From an uncultured Prevotella sp. (GTDB taxonomy: Bacteria; Bacteroidota; Bacteroidia; Bacteroidales; Bacteroidaceae), in NCBI GenBank assembly GCA_946548065.1, contig CAMNPM010000007.1:1012-65011 (forward strand): a stretch of 64,000 nt of DNA. Direction: 5' to 3'. The notes under the pieces are model-generated. The model did no database searches, was not told the origin of the DNA, and saw nothing but the letters and a program-made list of their open reading frames with translations. Shown here piece after piece: positions 8,051-16,912 of this stretch (position 1 is the stretch's first letter; the number at the start of each line of letters is the position of its first letter). The translations under genes and the position numbers were made by a program.

Positions 8051-10678
8051 ATGAAACCGACAAGATATATAGGACTGCTCATGACACTGCTGACAACGCT
8101 GCCACTCTGGGGACAGCTGAGCCGCAGATACAATGCCTCACACCCACTGGTCATCGTGTGCGACTGGGACAAGCCGCCCTATGAGTTCCTCGACGACAAG
8201 GGAGAACCTGCTGGTTCGAATATCGACGTGATGACACGCATCCTTACCGACATGGGCGTACAATACCGCTTCGTGATGAAAGAGTGGAGCAACGCCACCA
8301 AGACCTTTGAGCGCAAAAAAGCCGACCTGATATTCTGCAATGTCAACCGATTCAAGGGCAATGGATTCTACTCCACACAAATCATCAACTACAACCGAGT
8401 GAGGGTAGCGATGACCAAGGATACGACCGACATCATCAGCATCAAGACGCTGGAAACAGAAGGTGTGGTACTGAAGGCAGGCGACTATACGGCCATGTAT
8501 TTCAAGGATATAGACTCAGCCCAGATGAGCCGGATAGAATACCAGTCGCCCAAGGTAGCCCTGACGGGACTGAAGGCAGGCGACAACAAATACTTCGTAT
8601 GGGGCGAGGAACCGCTGAAGTGGAAAATCAAGAAGCTCAACCTGGAAGGCATCTACCTGAACGACGTGAGCATTCCCGTCAGCGAGGTACATATCATCGG
8701 TCGCGACAAGGAACTCATCGACCAGATTGACGACCACTACTCACGACTGAAGCAGAGCGGCGAGCTGGAAGCGATGCTCAACAAGTGGTTCCACCCCGAA
8801 AAGGTGACCACCACTACCCCGCCCTACATATTCTACAGCCTGCTGGCGCTCGTACTGCTGGGCGCACTCATCATCTTTTTCAACCGACTAGCGAGAGCAC
8901 ACGTAAGAAATGCTACGCGCAAATCGACCGAGCTGAACGAGATGATGTTCAAGGCACTGCACATGGGCAACTACCAAGTGATGGAATACAGCATCAAGGA
9001 CAACCGCTTCACCAACAGCAACGGCAGCAACATCCTGCCCGAAAAGGGGTTGACCCTTGAGGAGTTCACACATCGCATACACCCCGACCAGCGCGCCGAA
9101 TTTGAACATAAGATGAAACAGCTGCTGACAGGACGTGAGCGAAGGTTTGAACTGAACAAGCGGTGGAATGCCGGAACCGATGAAGCTCCTCAGTGGCTGA
9201 ACCTCAACGGACACGCCATCTCCGAGCTGAACGAGGACGGACATCCTGCCTATGTGGTGAATGCCATTCACGACGTCACCCACGAGGTGGAAGAAGACCA
9301 GGCAGCGCGCGAACTGGTGAGGAAATACGACAAACTGGCAAACATGCCGTTTGTTGGCGTCTCGTTCTACGATCAGAACGGGTGGCTCATCAAACTGAAC
9401 GACTCGATGAAGAAGCTCACCAACATCAAGGACGATAACCCGGAGACACGACGCTTCTGGGAAACTGTATGCTTGTTCGACGTACCCTTGTTCCACGAAC
9501 TGGTGACCAAGGATACTACCGACGACATCATGGTCTGCCAGCATATGCTGTATCCGGAACTGGGAATCGACAAATACATAGAACTGCAGATCATGCCCCT
9601 GTTCAATGCCGACGGCAATGTGGCAAACTACTTCATTTCGGCAACAGACCATACCAGCGAACACCACTACGACTACGAAACCCACTGCAGGAAGAAAGAC
9701 AAGGCCCTGATAGGCAGAATGATTGGACACAGGCGTGAACAGCTGAAATACCTCTTGGAACGGAGCGATAGATACCTGATGACGACCGACCCCTACCAAT
9801 GTCAGCAAACCTACTTCCGCCTGCCAGGCGAACCGATTGCCGTAGACTGCAAGAACCGCATGCTGCGTCCCCAGCTGACACCAGTGAACGACGAGCAGGG
9901 CAACATTATAGGCTTTGAAGGTATAGTGACAGACATCACCGACCTGGAAAATACACGCAGAAAACTGCAGGAGACAGCTGAGCGAGCAGAGCAGAGCGTA
10001 CAGCTGAAGAGCGGCTTCATGGCCTCGATGACCCATGAGCTGAGGACTCCGCTGAATGCCATCGTGGGATTCACAGGCATACTGGAACACCTGGACAATG
10101 CTGAAGAGCGGCAGGAGTACGTACGCATCATACGCAACAGCAGTGACATGCTGCAACGACTGATCAACGACATCATCGAAGCCTCGTCGATGACCGACGG
10201 TCCGACGAGCATCAAACTGGAGAAAGTCGACTTTGTGCAGGCTTTCGAAGATATCTGCCTCACGCTGGAACAGCGTATTCAGAATCCGGCTGTTGAATTC
10301 ATCAAGGACAATCCCTGCCAGAGCCTTACCCTGCTGGTAGATATTGAACGCATCCAACAGGTGCTGACCAATTTTGTGACCAATGCAGTCAAGTTCACCC
10401 AAAAAGGACACATCCGCGTAGGATACCGTATGGAGGACAAAGGACTGACCGTCTATTGTGAGGATACGGGATTAGGCATCCCGCCGGAAAAGCAAGAACA
10501 AGTGTTTGAGCGTTTTGTGAAACTGGATGAGTTTGTGCAAGGCACGGGAATGGGTCTGGCTATCTGCAAGGCTATTGCCGAGCGCTATGACGGCAAGATA
10601 GGCGTGAAGAGTGAAGGTAAAGACAAGGGGAGCACATTCTGGATGTGGATGCCCTGTGAAGAGTTTGCTGCCGACTAA
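8051..10678 (+). CDS. Periplasmic substrate-binding domain sensor histidine kinase
   Basis: PPYEFLDDKGEPAGSNIDV SBP domain, TM, PAS-like region, intact H-box SMTHELRTPLN, NAVKFT, DTGLGI, FERF, GTGMGL. Confidence 0.9.
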   Translation: MKPTRYIGLLMTLLTTLPLWGQLSRRYNASHPLVIVCDWDKPPYEFLDDKGEPAGSNIDVMTRILTDMGVQYRFVMKEWSNATKTFERKKADLIFCNVNRFKGNGFYSTQIINYNRVRVAMTKDTTDIISIKTLETEGVVLKAGDYTAMYFKDIDSAQMSRIEYQSPKVALTGLKAGDNKYFVWGEEPLKWKIKKLNLEGIYLNDVSIPVSEVHIIGRDKELIDQIDDHYSRLKQSGELEAMLNKWFHPEKVTTTTPPYIFYSLLALVLLGALIIFFNRLARAHVRNATRKSTELNEMMFKALHMGNYQVMEYSIKDNRFTNSNGSNILPEKGLTLEEFTHRIHPDQRAEFEHKMKQLLTGRERRFELNKRWNAGTDEAPQWLNLNGHAISELNEDGHPAYVVNAIHDVTHEVEEDQAARELVRKYDKLANMPFVGVSFYDQNGWLIKLNDSMKKLTNIKDDNPETRRFWETVCLFDVPLFHELVTKDTTDDIMVCQHMLYPELGIDKYIELQIMPLFNADGNVANYFISATDHTSEHHYDYETHCRKKDKALIGRMIGHRREQLKYLLERSDRYLMTTDPYQCQQTYFRLPGEPIAVDCKNRMLRPQLTPVNDEQGNIIGFEGIVTDITDLENTRRKLQETAERAEQSVQLKSGFMASMTHELRTPLNAIVGFTGILEHLDNAEERQEYVRIIRNSSDMLQRLINDIIEASSMTDGPTSIKLEKVDFVQAFEDICLTLEQRIQNPAVEFIKDNPCQSLTLLVDIERIQQVLTNFVTNAVKFTQKGHIRVGYRMEDKGLTVYCEDTGLGIPPEKQEQVFERFVKLDEFVQGTGMGLAICKAIAERYDGKIGVKSEGKDKGSTFWMWMPCEEFAAD

Positions 10679-10720
10679 GAGGGACAGCAGGAGAAATATT
10701 AACAACAAAGAAGAACAGAG

Positions 10721-11119
10721 ATGAAAGATATGAGAAAAATATTTGCTGTGCTGGCAGCAGTAGTGCTGCTGACCGGATGTCAGGAAACGATGGACGAACG
10801 CTGTGCCAGAGAGGCACGTGAATATACGGAAAAGAAATGTCCCGTACAGGTTACCACAGGGGTGATGATGGACAGTCTCGTATACGAAGCTTCCACCCGT
10901 ACGCTCGTCTATTACTATACGGTAGAAGGTGTGCTGGACGATGCCGAGGCACTAAGGACCCACAACCTGCGCGGCATGTTGCTCAAAGAGCTGAGAAACT
11001 CGGCCAACATGAAGGACTATAAGGAAGCGGGCTACAACTTCAGATACGTCTATTGGTCGACAAAAGAAAACGGAGCGCAGCTCTTCGAGACTACGTTCCG
11101 CCAAAAAGACTACCAGTAA
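10721..11119 (+). CDS. Hypothetical lipoprotein
   Basis: Lipobox LLTGC after a hydrophobic stretch; co-oriented with the kinase pair. Confidence 0.7.
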   Translation: MKDMRKIFAVLAAVVLLTGCQETMDERCAREAREYTEKKCPVQVTTGVMMDSLVYEASTRTLVYYYTVEGVLDDAEALRTHNLRGMLLKELRNSANMKDYKEAGYNFRYVYWSTKENGAQLFETTFRQKDYQ

Positions 11120-11132
11120 AGCCTGGGAGATA

Positions 11133-11864
11133 TTACATCTCCTCGGGCTTCATATTAGTATAGACGGTCTGGACATCGTCAAAGTCCTCCAGCTTCTCCA
11201 CCATCTTGTCGATGGTTTCACGCTCCTCAGGAGTGACATCCTTCAGGTCGTTAGGAATGCGGGTGAACTCGGCACCGGTAACCTCAAAGCCGCTCTCCTC
11301 CAGGTGTTTCTGAATGGCAGCAAACGATGAGGGGTCGCCATAGATGGTGATGCTCTGCTCCTCTTCATCCTCATCATACTCGTCTTCTACACCAAAGTCG
11401 ATGAGGTCAAGAATCATCTCATCCATATCCAGGCCTTCCTTCTTCTTGAAGGTGAACACAGCCTTGTGATCGAACAAGAACGAAAGTGAACCTTGTGTGC
11501 CAAGGTTACCGCTGAACTTGTTGAACACCGAACGCACGTCACCCACAGTACGGGTAGTATTGTCGGTCAGCGTCTCCACGAAAATGGCAATACCGTGAGG
11601 ACCATATCCCTCATAATTCACTTCCTTGTAGTCGGCATGGTCCTTACCCATAGCGTTCTTGATGGCACGCTCGATATTATCCTTCGGCATGTTCTCACGC
11701 TTGGCGTTGGCAATGCAGGCACGAAGTGCAGGATTCATGTCCGGGTCAGGACCGCCAGCCTTCACGGCAATGGCTATCTGCTTACCAATCTTTGTGAATG
11801 TCTTGGCCATGTGGCCCCATCTCTTCAGCTTTGTAGCTTTGCGATACTCAAATGCTCTTCCCAT
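11133..11864 (-). CDS. yebC: YebC/PmpR family regulator
   Basis: GGPDPDMNPALR, YEGYGPHG, TDNTTRT, DDVQTVYTN. Confidence 0.95.
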   Translation of the reverse strand: MGRAFEYRKATKLKRWGHMAKTFTKIGKQIAIAVKAGGPDPDMNPALRACIANAKRENMPKDNIERAIKNAMGKDHADYKEVNYEGYGPHGIAIFVETLTDNTTRTVGDVRSVFNKFSGNLGTQGSLSFLFDHKAVFTFKKKEGLDMDEMILDLIDFGVEDEYDEDEEEQSITIYGDPSSFAAIQKHLEESGFEVTGAEFTRIPNDLKDVTPEERETIDKMVEKLEDFDDVQTVYTNMKPEEM

Positions 11865-11900
11865 TTTAATTTACTATTTGACAATTTACTATTTACTATT

Positions 11901-14354
11901 TTAACGGAGTTCAGCACCTAACTTCTGCTTCAGACTGGTGATGAGCTTATTCATGATGGCTTCAATCTGTTTGTCGCCCATCGTCTTCTCTGCATCCTGA
12001 AGGATAAAGTTGACAGCATACGACTTCTTGCCTTGAGGCAGCTTGTCGCCCTCATAGACATCAAACAGCTCAACCTTCTTCAGCAGTTTCTTCTCTGTCT
12101 GGCGGGCTATCTCCTCAATCTGTGCGAACTCAACGTTCTTGTCGATCAACAATGCTAAGTCGCGGCTCACGGCAGGATACTTGGGAATGTCCGTGAATTC
12201 CACCTTCTGCTTGCGAATTACCTTCATCAAGGCGGTCCAGTTCAGCTCGGCATAGAAGACGGTGGTATCGATACCAGCCTGCTTCTGCATCTTCTTGCTG
12301 AGGATGCCAAGCTCGACGAGCTGCTTGCCACCACGATTCTCGATGGTGAGACCCGAGACGAAGATGGGATTCTGCGACTTCTTGCGTACCAGCATACCCG
12401 GCTGGACACCGATACGGGCCAGAATATTGTCGACATGTGCATCGAGCTCGGCAAACGAGGTCTGCTCGTCAGCATGCGCCCAAGAGCCTTCCACGCGCTT
12501 ACCGGTCATCCACAACGCCATGTGATACTGTTCCTTATAGGCCTGCATGGGATCGTCGTCGTTCTTCTTCTCAGGTGAGAAGTGATAGACATTGCCAAAC
12601 TCGAAGAAACGGCAGTTGCCATTCTTGCGGTTGGCGTTGTGGGCAATGCTCTCCAAACCGCCATACAGCAATGTAGCGCGCATCACATTCAGATCGCTCG
12701 ACAGCGGATTCATGATGTGTACCAGCGTCTCGTTCTGTGCTTCGTCGTAATAGGATGACTTACTGAGCGAATTATTCAGTATCTCGTTGAAACCGGCTCC
12801 TACCAGCTGCTCGCTCACCAGATTGGCCAGCTTGTGCTTCTGGTCTTCCTCGCCCTTGATGACAAGCGACGATTTCAACTGGGTGGGTATCTCTACATTG
12901 TTGTAGCCGTAGATTCGAAGAATGTCTTCCACCACATCGCAGGGACGGGTCACGTCAACACGGTAGGCAGGCACCTCAATCTCCAACGCCTCAGCGGTCT
13001 CGCTCAGGACCTTCATCTCCAGTGAGGTCAGAATACTCTTGATAGTATCAGCAGGTATCTCCTTACCAATCAACTGGTTGACGTACTGATATTCGAGTGT
13101 TACCTTGGGATTCTCCATCTTCACAGGATAGACATCCTTGATGTCCATCGACACCTTTCCTCCAGCCAGTTCCTTACACAACTGAGCTGCATACTTCAGG
13201 GCTTCGATGGTGCCATTGGGGTCTACGCCGCGCTCGAAACGGAACGAGGCATCGGTAGAGAGTCCGTGCCGACGGGCTGACTTGCGAATCCAAGTGGGAT
13301 GGAAATAGGCCGACTCCAACACGACATTCTTGGTGGTCTCGTAGGTCCCGCTGCCCTTGCCACCGAAGACACCAGCAATACACATGGGGTCTTCAGCATT
13401 GCAGATGGCCAAGTCGCGGTCGGACAGCTTATGCTCCACCCCATCGAGAGTCTGGAACGGAGTACCCTCGGGCATCGTCTTGACCACAATCTTATGACCT
13501 TTCACCATGTCGGCATCAAACGTATGCAGAGGCTGACCAAGAGCCATCATCACATAGTTGGTGATGTCTACAATATTATTAATAGGACGCAGGCCTATCA
13601 CATTCAGTTTCTCCTTCAGCCACTCCGGACTTTCCTTCACCTCGCAGTCGGTAATGCTCACACAAGCATAGCGTCGGCAGGCCTCGGTATTCTCAATCTC
13701 AACCTCTATGGGCAGATTGTGGTTGTCGACCACGAGGTCGGCAGTTCCCGGGCGGTGCATTTCCGTCTGATAGCCATTCTGCTTCAGCCAGGCATAGAGG
13801 TCGCGCGCCACACCCCAGTGCGACAGCGCATCGGCACGATTAGCTGTGATGTCAACCTCTATCAGCCAGTCGCTTTCCAGATGGTAGTATTCAGCAGCGG
13901 GAGTACCCACTACAGCATCGTCGGGCAATACGATGATGCCGTCATGACTGGTGCCAATGCCTATCTCGTCCTCGGCACAAATCATACCCAGCGACTCTAC
14001 ACCGCGAAGCTTTGACTTCTTGATGACAAATTCCTTGTCACCATCGTAGAGCACACAGCCCAGGTCGGCGACAATCACCTTCTGGCCCGCAGCCACATTA
14101 GGAGCACCGCACACAATCTGCTGCGGTTCGCCCTTGCCCAGATCAACGGTAGTGACATGCAGGTGGTCAGAGTCCGGGTGCATCTCGCAAGTCAGCACCT
14201 TTCCCACATAAAGTCCTTTCAATCCTCCCTTGATACTCTGTACTTCTTCGAGGGCATCGACCTCAAGACCGGTCGATGTCAGCGCATCGCAAACCTGTTG
14301 CGGTGTAAGGTCAAAGTCGACGTACTCCTTCAACCATTTATAAGATATATTCAT
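11901..14354 (-). CDS. pheT: Phenylalanine--tRNA ligase beta subunit
   Basis: Start MNISYKWLKEY at 14354; IVCGAPNV, TANRAD, RFERGVDP, FDX-ACB C-terminus (LGAELR). Confidence 0.97.
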   Translation of the reverse strand: MNISYKWLKEYVDFDLTPQQVCDALTSTGLEVDALEEVQSIKGGLKGLYVGKVLTCEMHPDSDHLHVTTVDLGKGEPQQIVCGAPNVAAGQKVIVADLGCVLYDGDKEFVIKKSKLRGVESLGMICAEDEIGIGTSHDGIIVLPDDAVVGTPAAEYYHLESDWLIEVDITANRADALSHWGVARDLYAWLKQNGYQTEMHRPGTADLVVDNHNLPIEVEIENTEACRRYACVSITDCEVKESPEWLKEKLNVIGLRPINNIVDITNYVMMALGQPLHTFDADMVKGHKIVVKTMPEGTPFQTLDGVEHKLSDRDLAICNAEDPMCIAGVFGGKGSGTYETTKNVVLESAYFHPTWIRKSARRHGLSTDASFRFERGVDPNGTIEALKYAAQLCKELAGGKVSMDIKDVYPVKMENPKVTLEYQYVNQLIGKEIPADTIKSILTSLEMKVLSETAEALEIEVPAYRVDVTRPCDVVEDILRIYGYNNVEIPTQLKSSLVIKGEEDQKHKLANLVSEQLVGAGFNEILNNSLSKSSYYDEAQNETLVHIMNPLSSDLNVMRATLLYGGLESIAHNANRKNGNCRFFEFGNVYHFSPEKKNDDDPMQAYKEQYHMALWMTGKRVEGSWAHADEQTSFAELDAHVDNILARIGVQPGMLVRKKSQNPIFVSGLTIENRGGKQLVELGILSKKMQKQAGIDTTVFYAELNWTALMKVIRKQKVEFTDIPKYPAVSRDLALLIDKNVEFAQIEEIARQTEKKLLKKVELFDVYEGDKLPQGKKSYAVNFILQDAEKTMGDKQIEAIMNKLITSLKQKLGAELR

Positions 14355-14480
14355 TGCGCAATAACTGTTAATTTCGAAAATCGGCCACAAAGGTACAAAA
14401 AAGCGCGCACAATACAAAATAAATTTCAGAAAAATAAGGGTATGACCTCCAGTGGCCATACCCTTGTTCGTTCATTTCGT

Positions 14481-15179
14481 TTAGTCTTCCTCAGGCGTAA
14501 TGAGTTTGTATCCCTTGCCGTGAATATTGATAATTTCAATCTGGGGATCGTCTTTCAGGTGCTTGCGCAACTTGGTGATATAGACATCCATCGAGCGCGC
14601 ATTAAAGTAGTTGTCGTCTATCCAGATGGTCTTCAGTGCAAAGTCGCGCTGCAGTATTTCGTTGGCATGTGCGCAGAGCAGCCCCAGCAGCTCGTTCTCC
14701 TTAGTGGTGAGCTTGGTCTGCTTCTCACCTATGCTGAGCAGCTGCTTCTGGGTGTCGAAGATGAAGTTGCCGATATGATATACGGAGCTCTCGCGGTTTT
14801 TCTTGCCCCGTACACGACGCAGGATGGCCTCCACGCGGAACACCAGTTCCTCCATGGAGAACGGTTTGGTGATATAGTCGTCGGCACCAATCTTGAAACC
14901 TTCCAGGATGTCCTCTTTCAGTGTCTTGGCAGTGAGGAAGATAATGGGGATGTCCGGACTGGCCTGCCGTATTTCCTGTGCCAGCGTAAAACCGTCTTTC
15001 ACAGGCATCATCACATCAAGGATGCAGATATCAAACTTAGTCTTGAGGAAAGCCCGATAGCCAGCTTCACCATCGGCACAGAGCTCGGCGGCATAGCCTT
15101 TGGCTGCAAGGTACTCACGCAACAGCATTCCCAGGTTCTCATCGTCTTCGCAAAGAAGAATTTTCAGTTTCTCGTCCAT
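14481..15179 (-). CDS. rprY: OmpR-family response regulator RprY
   Basis: ILLCEDD, LDVMMP, GADDYITKPF, NARSMDVYITKLRK, HGKGYKL. Confidence 0.9.
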   Translation of the reverse strand: MDEKLKILLCEDDENLGMLLREYLAAKGYAAELCADGEAGYRAFLKTKFDICILDVMMPVKDGFTLAQEIRQASPDIPIIFLTAKTLKEDILEGFKIGADDYITKPFSMEELVFRVEAILRRVRGKKNRESSVYHIGNFIFDTQKQLLSIGEKQTKLTTKENELLGLLCAHANEILQRDFALKTIWIDDNYFNARSMDVYITKLRKHLKDDPQIEIINIHGKGYKLITPEED

Positions 15180-15235
15180 AACCTAATAAATTTACAATTC
15201 GACAATATTTTTATTTACTATATATTCTATTATTT

Positions 15236-16795
15236 CTATTCTTCCTTCATTACCGGCAGCATGATAGTAAACTTGGTGCCTTTACCCACCTCGCTCTCTG
15301 CCCTTATCTCGCCCTGGTGCAGGTCTATCACCTTCTTGACGTAGGCCAGTCCCAGACCAAAGCCTTTCACATCGTGCTTGTTGCCCGTGTGTACACGGTA
15401 AAACTTCTCGAATATCTTCTTCAGGTTCTCCTTCTTGATTCCCTGCCCGGTATCTCTGATGGAGAGGCAGAGGTGGTTGTGCTCGTCGTTCCAAGTGCGG
15501 ATGTATATATCCAGCGGCTCATCCTGTCTGCGATACTTCACCGCATTGTCTATCAGGTTGGTAATGGCATTCTGGAAGTGTACCTCATCGGCGTAGATGC
15601 CTGAGTCCACAGCCTCTATCTGTGTATATATCCTGCCCCCCGTGTGCTCCACGCGCAGCGTAAACGTCTGGGCGATCTGCTCTACCATCTCGTTCAGGTC
15701 GAGCTCTTTCTTCTTGAATACCACGCTCTTCTTGTCGAACATTGACATCTGCAGCACTTTCTCCACAAGGAACCTGAGTCGCTTCGACTCGTCGCCGATG
15801 ACCTGCCCCAGGTGCCTGGTCATCTGCTCCGACTTCGTCACCGACTCGTCGTTCATCATCTGGGCGGCCAGCGAGATAGAGGCAATGGGCGTCTTCAGCT
15901 CGTGCGTCATGTTGTTGATAAAGTCGTTCTTGATCTCTGAGTAGCGCTTCTGTCGGAATATGACTACGATGGTAAAGACGAAGGTTACCAGCAGCACGAT
16001 GGTGAATATGATACTGGGTATCATGAACCTCACGCTGGAGAATATATATTTGCTCATCTCGGGAAAGTGAATCTTGACGATGCCCATCTTCGACTGCGGG
16101 TCGTTGCGAAACAGATACTGGCTGTAGCTGTACTGTTCGCCCTCGCCGGAGTAGTCAGGACAGCGGTACACCTCGCGCCCGTCGGCAGTCGACACCACAA
16201 GGTGGTATGGTATGTTGACCCCGTTGTTCTGCAGCTCGTTGCGGATGTCTTGGTCGAGCGAGCGGAAGTTAACGCGCTCCCTGAGAGGCTTGTCGCTGGC
16301 TGTGTACAGTATTTTGTACACCACCTCGTCGAGCAATGCTTTCTGGTACACATAGCGGTTGCGCACTATCTCCTGCATCGACTTCACGGCATCGGCCAGC
16401 GAGTTCTTGTCCCTGCGCAGGATCATGGCCTTAGGCACCGTAGAGGGTTTCATCTGGAAGGCCTTCACCTGAAACGAAGAGTATACCGTACCGTCGTCGG
16501 CAGCAACGGCAAACTGGCGACTGTGCTTGATGGTTCCACCAATGCCATCGACCGTTACTGAGTCTGAACTGAATGCGCGACGCTCTGTCTCGTTGACATC
16601 CTTCTCCAGATAGCGCAGCGTTTCGTTCACCTCCAGGTTATGCGAGGCCTGGTACAGCGAACGGTTGACACTCTCGTCAAACTGTTCCTTCTTCATCTTC
16701 ACCATCTCCTCGACATACGAGAACTGCAGGTAAAGCAGGGCCAGGAACGAGAATCCCATGATGACGGCGATAATCCAAATGGTAGACTTCTTCAT
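15236..16795 (-). CDS. rprX: Sensor histidine kinase RprX
   Basis: Start MKKSTIWII at 16795; two TM helices, NMTHELKTP, NAVKY, GFGLGL; adjacent to rprY. Confidence 0.85.
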   Translation of the reverse strand: MKKSTIWIIAVIMGFSFLALLYLQFSYVEEMVKMKKEQFDESVNRSLYQASHNLEVNETLRYLEKDVNETERRAFSSDSVTVDGIGGTIKHSRQFAVAADDGTVYSSFQVKAFQMKPSTVPKAMILRRDKNSLADAVKSMQEIVRNRYVYQKALLDEVVYKILYTASDKPLRERVNFRSLDQDIRNELQNNGVNIPYHLVVSTADGREVYRCPDYSGEGEQYSYSQYLFRNDPQSKMGIVKIHFPEMSKYIFSSVRFMIPSIIFTIVLLVTFVFTIVVIFRQKRYSEIKNDFINNMTHELKTPIASISLAAQMMNDESVTKSEQMTRHLGQVIGDESKRLRFLVEKVLQMSMFDKKSVVFKKKELDLNEMVEQIAQTFTLRVEHTGGRIYTQIEAVDSGIYADEVHFQNAITNLIDNAVKYRRQDEPLDIYIRTWNDEHNHLCLSIRDTGQGIKKENLKKIFEKFYRVHTGNKHDVKGFGLGLAYVKKVIDLHQGEIRAESEVGKGTKFTIMLPVMKEE

Positions 16796-16805
16796 AAAAG
16801 CAAAA

Positions 16806-16853
16806 CTTCTTCTTAACGAGTGCAAAGTTAGAACTATTCTCGTTAAGAAGAAG
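16806..16853 (-). terminator. 15-bp perfect inverted repeat (probable terminator of the TonB receptor gene) with the rprX -7 box in its loop
   Basis: CTTCTTCTTAACGAG (16806-16820) / CTCGTTAAGAAGAAG (16839-16853); on the minus strand followed by TTTTGCTTTT; loop contains TAACTTTGCA. Confidence 0.6.
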
Positions 16854-16912
16854 CTGTTTCGTTAATTATTTCCGTTAATTTTAACGACTTTAACAGAATT
16901 GGAGCGTTTTAA

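Noticed and set aside
14355-14459. N-terminal extensions in the ORF track for pheT, glyA, rprX, DPP-IV, mazG, TamA-like and others
   Set aside because: The extensions run through AT-rich promoter DNA containing TAnnTTTG boxes; the downstream ATGs match expected family N-termini
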